This document shows positions 61,473 to 64,000 of a DNA stretch of 64,000 nucleotides, piece after piece. The notes beneath the pieces are model-generated. The model ran no database searches. It saw only the letters and a list, made by a program, of their open reading frames with translations, and had not been told where the DNA came from. The DNA lies in assembly GCA_963695345.1 (NCBI GenBank), contig OY968769.1, forward strand, positions 352,001 through 416,000. Reading direction: 5' to 3'. Position numbers and translations under genes: made by a program. The DNA comes from an uncultured Methanomassiliicoccales archaeon. GTDB taxonomy: Archaea > Thermoplasmatota > Thermoplasmata > Methanomassiliicoccales > UBA472. Within the stretch, counting starts at the first letter, position 1. Every line of letters starts with the position of its first letter.

Positions 61473-63167
61473 TCAAGGCTTTCGATTCGGAAGGGCGATT
61501 CTCCATTTTCCTTCCGGGATCTTGATCTCGAATCTCGCCCCCTTCATATACTCCCCGCTCTCCTTGATCCCGATCCCGGTAATGGCCAGAATCTGCATGC
61601 CCAGGTACAGGCCGAGACCGGAATCCTTTCCAAAGCCCTTCAGGAATATCCGGCCTTTGTCCTCTGGCCTTACACCTGTTCCATTGTCCTCATAGACGAC
61701 TGTGTAGCCGTCGGCGGACTTGAAGGCGGACAGCTTGACCTGGGTCACTTTCGAGCCATGACGATTGGTGTTGTCCAAGAGGATGTAGAACAATCTCTCT
61801 AGCATTGGGTCCGCGTATATTTCGAGGGAGCCGGTATCGACGATGTACTCCACTCCTTGCTCGGCGCAAAGGACCCTTGCTCTCTGATAGACCTTCGTGA
61901 CGTTCTGCCATTCCGGCGAGACGATTCCCACTTTTTCATAATCTCTGGTGAAGTTGATCAGGTGTTCGATCGCCACCGTGGAATCCATCATCTTCCTCAG
62001 ATATTCGCGGGCCTGGGAATTCTCCTCGGTCTTATCGTTTAGCAACTGCCCATATCCACGGATGACCGTGATCCGGTTCAGGATGTCGTGCCTCGTGACG
62101 CCGTAAAGAACGTTCAATTTGGAATTGGAGGAAGCGAGCGCCTCCTCGGTCTTCCTTTGCGATGTGATATCCCTGAGGATGAGCAGCTGACTGACCTTCT
62201 TTTTGTCCACCAGAACCGGGGAATGGCGTACCTCGATTCTAAGCGTCCGACCATCCGGGCCGACCATCTCGGTGATCGCGGACCCTTCTTCATCCGGCCC
62301 GATCGCGGCGTGCACCGCCGGCAGAACCGAACTGATCGGCTTTCCGAGAGGGAACCCCTTCTCGCGGTGCACCAGTTTCTCAGCTGACAAATTCAGGTAG
62401 GAGATGATCCCGTCCTGATTCAACATGATGGCACCGTCCTGCATGATATCAGCGATGGAATTGAGAGCGAGCGGCGTGGCATAGAACAGGCCGTATCGGT
62501 AAACGACGAGATATAGCACACATCCTGCCAGGAAGAACCCGAATAGTATCAGATCTATGATGGGGAAAGATATCAGGTTCCCAAGGCTCAGCAGGACCAA
62601 TGTTGTCGGAACGACCGAAGAGAACAATATCAGGCCCACCTGGGCACGCCGAACCTTCGGTGATTTGATGAGCGCGACGGCGGCGATCGCTATCGCAGCT
62701 ATCTCCATACAGAAAGAGTATACTACTTGGGAGATGGAAACGATACCGTCCACCGCCCCAAATGGCTGAAACTCTCCTTCAACCAGGAATGTGCTCTCGA
62801 AGAACAGATGGTGGTAATCATTGGTCCACAGCATCAGTAAACAGAAGAGCGGGACAATGGAAATCAGGGCGATATTTCTCCGCGTAAGAAGATCATCTCT
62901 GCCAGAATACCTGACCATTATGAGGAGGTATAGTACGGGGATGCCAACCATCCCGAGATATTCCAGACCGTTCCAGAATAGCTTGTCTGACAATGTTGTG
63001 CTCAACAGCTCCAAGACGTAGGAGACCGCCAGGATGTTAATCAGCAGGGACATGGCGACGAAAAAAAACTTGAATTGTTTGTTCCCCTTCTTCCAGAATA
63101 GAACAGCCAGGACTATCGACATGATAGCTATGGTCGTGTCTAGGAACAGAGAGGCAACGTAGGACAT
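61473..63167 (-). CDS. 7TM-PAS histidine kinase (HisKA_7TM type)
   Basis: Seven hydrophobic segments, WTNDYHHLF, TRHDILN, LLDNTNRHG, DNGTG, GLGLYL. Confidence 0.9.
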   Translation of the reverse strand: MSYVASLFLDTTIAIMSIVLAVLFWKKGNKQFKFFFVAMSLLINILAVSYVLELLSTTLSDKLFWNGLEYLGMVGIPVLYLLIMVRYSGRDDLLTRRNIALISIVPLFCLLMLWTNDYHHLFFESTFLVEGEFQPFGAVDGIVSISQVVYSFCMEIAAIAIAAVALIKSPKVRRAQVGLILFSSVVPTTLVLLSLGNLISFPIIDLILFGFFLAGCVLYLVVYRYGLFYATPLALNSIADIMQDGAIMLNQDGIISYLNLSAEKLVHREKGFPLGKPISSVLPAVHAAIGPDEEGSAITEMVGPDGRTLRIEVRHSPVLVDKKKVSQLLILRDITSQRKTEEALASSNSKLNVLYGVTRHDILNRITVIRGYGQLLNDKTEENSQAREYLRKMMDSTVAIEHLINFTRDYEKVGIVSPEWQNVTKVYQRARVLCAEQGVEYIVDTGSLEIYADPMLERLFYILLDNTNRHGSKVTQVKLSAFKSADGYTVVYEDNGTGVRPEDKGRIFLKGFGKDSGLGLYLGMQILAITGIGIKESGEYMKGARFEIKIPEGKWRIALPNRKP

Positions 63168-63263
63168 TCAGGTCAGCGATTTTAATGTAAATACTTTATG
63201 ATATGCATTACTGTCCGTTGGGTGAGAATCACAAGGTGAATGGACCGGCTGTCTAAGATCGGG

Positions 63264-63860
63264 TCAATTTACGGCTGCGGATCCGTTGGAAGGATGCGCG
63301 TCATTGTCTTTATTGCCTGATGAGTGATCCGACCTTGGCTTTTTGGCGAGGTAATCAATTTGAATCAGTCCAGACGAGAATGTTCGGTTATCTTTCAATC
63401 TGAGGTCCTGTCTGGGAAGACCAGACCGGAACATCGGAATTCCCTCCCCCAGCACGACCGGGTGGATGGAAATGATATACTCGTCCACCAGCTCATCCTT
63501 CATGAAAGCGTCGATCAGGTCAGACCCACCCACCAGCCATATGTCGGATCCTTCTAGTCCCTTCAGACCGTGGACGAACTCCTCCACGGGCAGATTCACG
63601 AACTCCACATTCTCATCGCCCCCCATCAGGGCCCTGGAAAAAACGTAACAGTGCTTGTCCGGGTAAGGGAACGGACCCATCCCAAGCACCTGGTCATACG
63701 TCCTTCGTCCCATCAGGATGGTGTCAACCGAGGCAAGGAACTCTGCGTAGCCATAGTCCTGGTCGTTGAAGAGCCAGCTGATATCGTCATCCCTTCCGGC
63801 AATGTATCCGTCCAGGCTGCAGGCGATAAAAAGTACGACCTTCCTCCCTTTTCCTTCCAT
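63264..63860 (-). CDS. Dihydrofolate reductase / RibD C-terminal family protein
   Basis: IACSLDGYIA, MGRRTY, IWLVGGS, PVVLGEGIP. Confidence 0.9.
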   Translation of the reverse strand: MEGKGRKVVLFIACSLDGYIAGRDDDISWLFNDQDYGYAEFLASVDTILMGRRTYDQVLGMGPFPYPDKHCYVFSRALMGGDENVEFVNLPVEEFVHGLKGLEGSDIWLVGGSDLIDAFMKDELVDEYIISIHPVVLGEGIPMFRSGLPRQDLRLKDNRTFSSGLIQIDYLAKKPRSDHSSGNKDNDAHPSNGSAAVN

Positions 63861-63927
63861 CGATAACCACATTTGGATGATTGAGGTCCCATTTATCTTA
63901 AATGATGCTGCCGGGCCGCTAATAACC

Positions 63928-64000
63928 TCAGAGATCGAGCAGGCGTTCCAACTCCCCTTCCTTCATCCTGATGATCCCAAGGCGGACCAGATCGGGTGTG
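63928..64000 (-). CDS. 3' end of a gene extending beyond the window
   Basis: Open frame TPDLVRLGIIRMKEGELERLLDL-stop. Confidence 0.35.
   Translation of the reverse strand, partial: TPDLVRLGIIRMKEGELERLLDL

Overview
Archaeal chromosomal DNA, most consistent with a Methanomassiliicoccales/Thermoplasmatota methanogen. This is inferred from archaeal-type FtsZ, DUF2299, NosD/CASH+Ig surface proteins, methanogen-type TRHDxLN histidine kinases and GGAGG/GGTGA ribosome-binding sites. The dominant feature is a ~23.3-kb minus-strand operon (8985-32266) encoding an apparently complete extracellular contractile injection system (eCIS; Afp/PVC/MAC-like). In transcription order it has sheath, tube, gp26-like hub, a low-complexity protein, DUF4255 cap, AAA+ ATPase, a small conserved protein, two DUF4157-type cargo genes, CIS-tube initiator, LysM, a split VgrG (gp27 + gp5), a PAAR-like tip, gp25, two baseplate-J proteins, a P2 gpI-like protein and DUF6519. 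Unusual points: one baseplate-J gene is split in two, with its first half ending in a PKD domain; one cargo carries a peptidoglycan-binding-like motif; and no tail fibre, tape measure, lysis or immunity gene is recognisable. A Zn-motif gene missed by the ORF track lies just upstream. The rest of the window is mostly ordinary accessory and housekeeping content: SF1 helicase-nuclease, adhesin-like surface proteins, HerA-like ATPase, ftsZ, TetR-MFS, histidine kinases, VOC proteins, a DenV-like glycosylase, an M50 fusion and a DHFR-like protein. Many genes, including ftsZ, carry single-base frameshifts that look like sequencing or assembly indels. No tRNA, rRNA, CRISPR array or transposase was seen. 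All family assignments come from motif recognition by eye, not from database searches.
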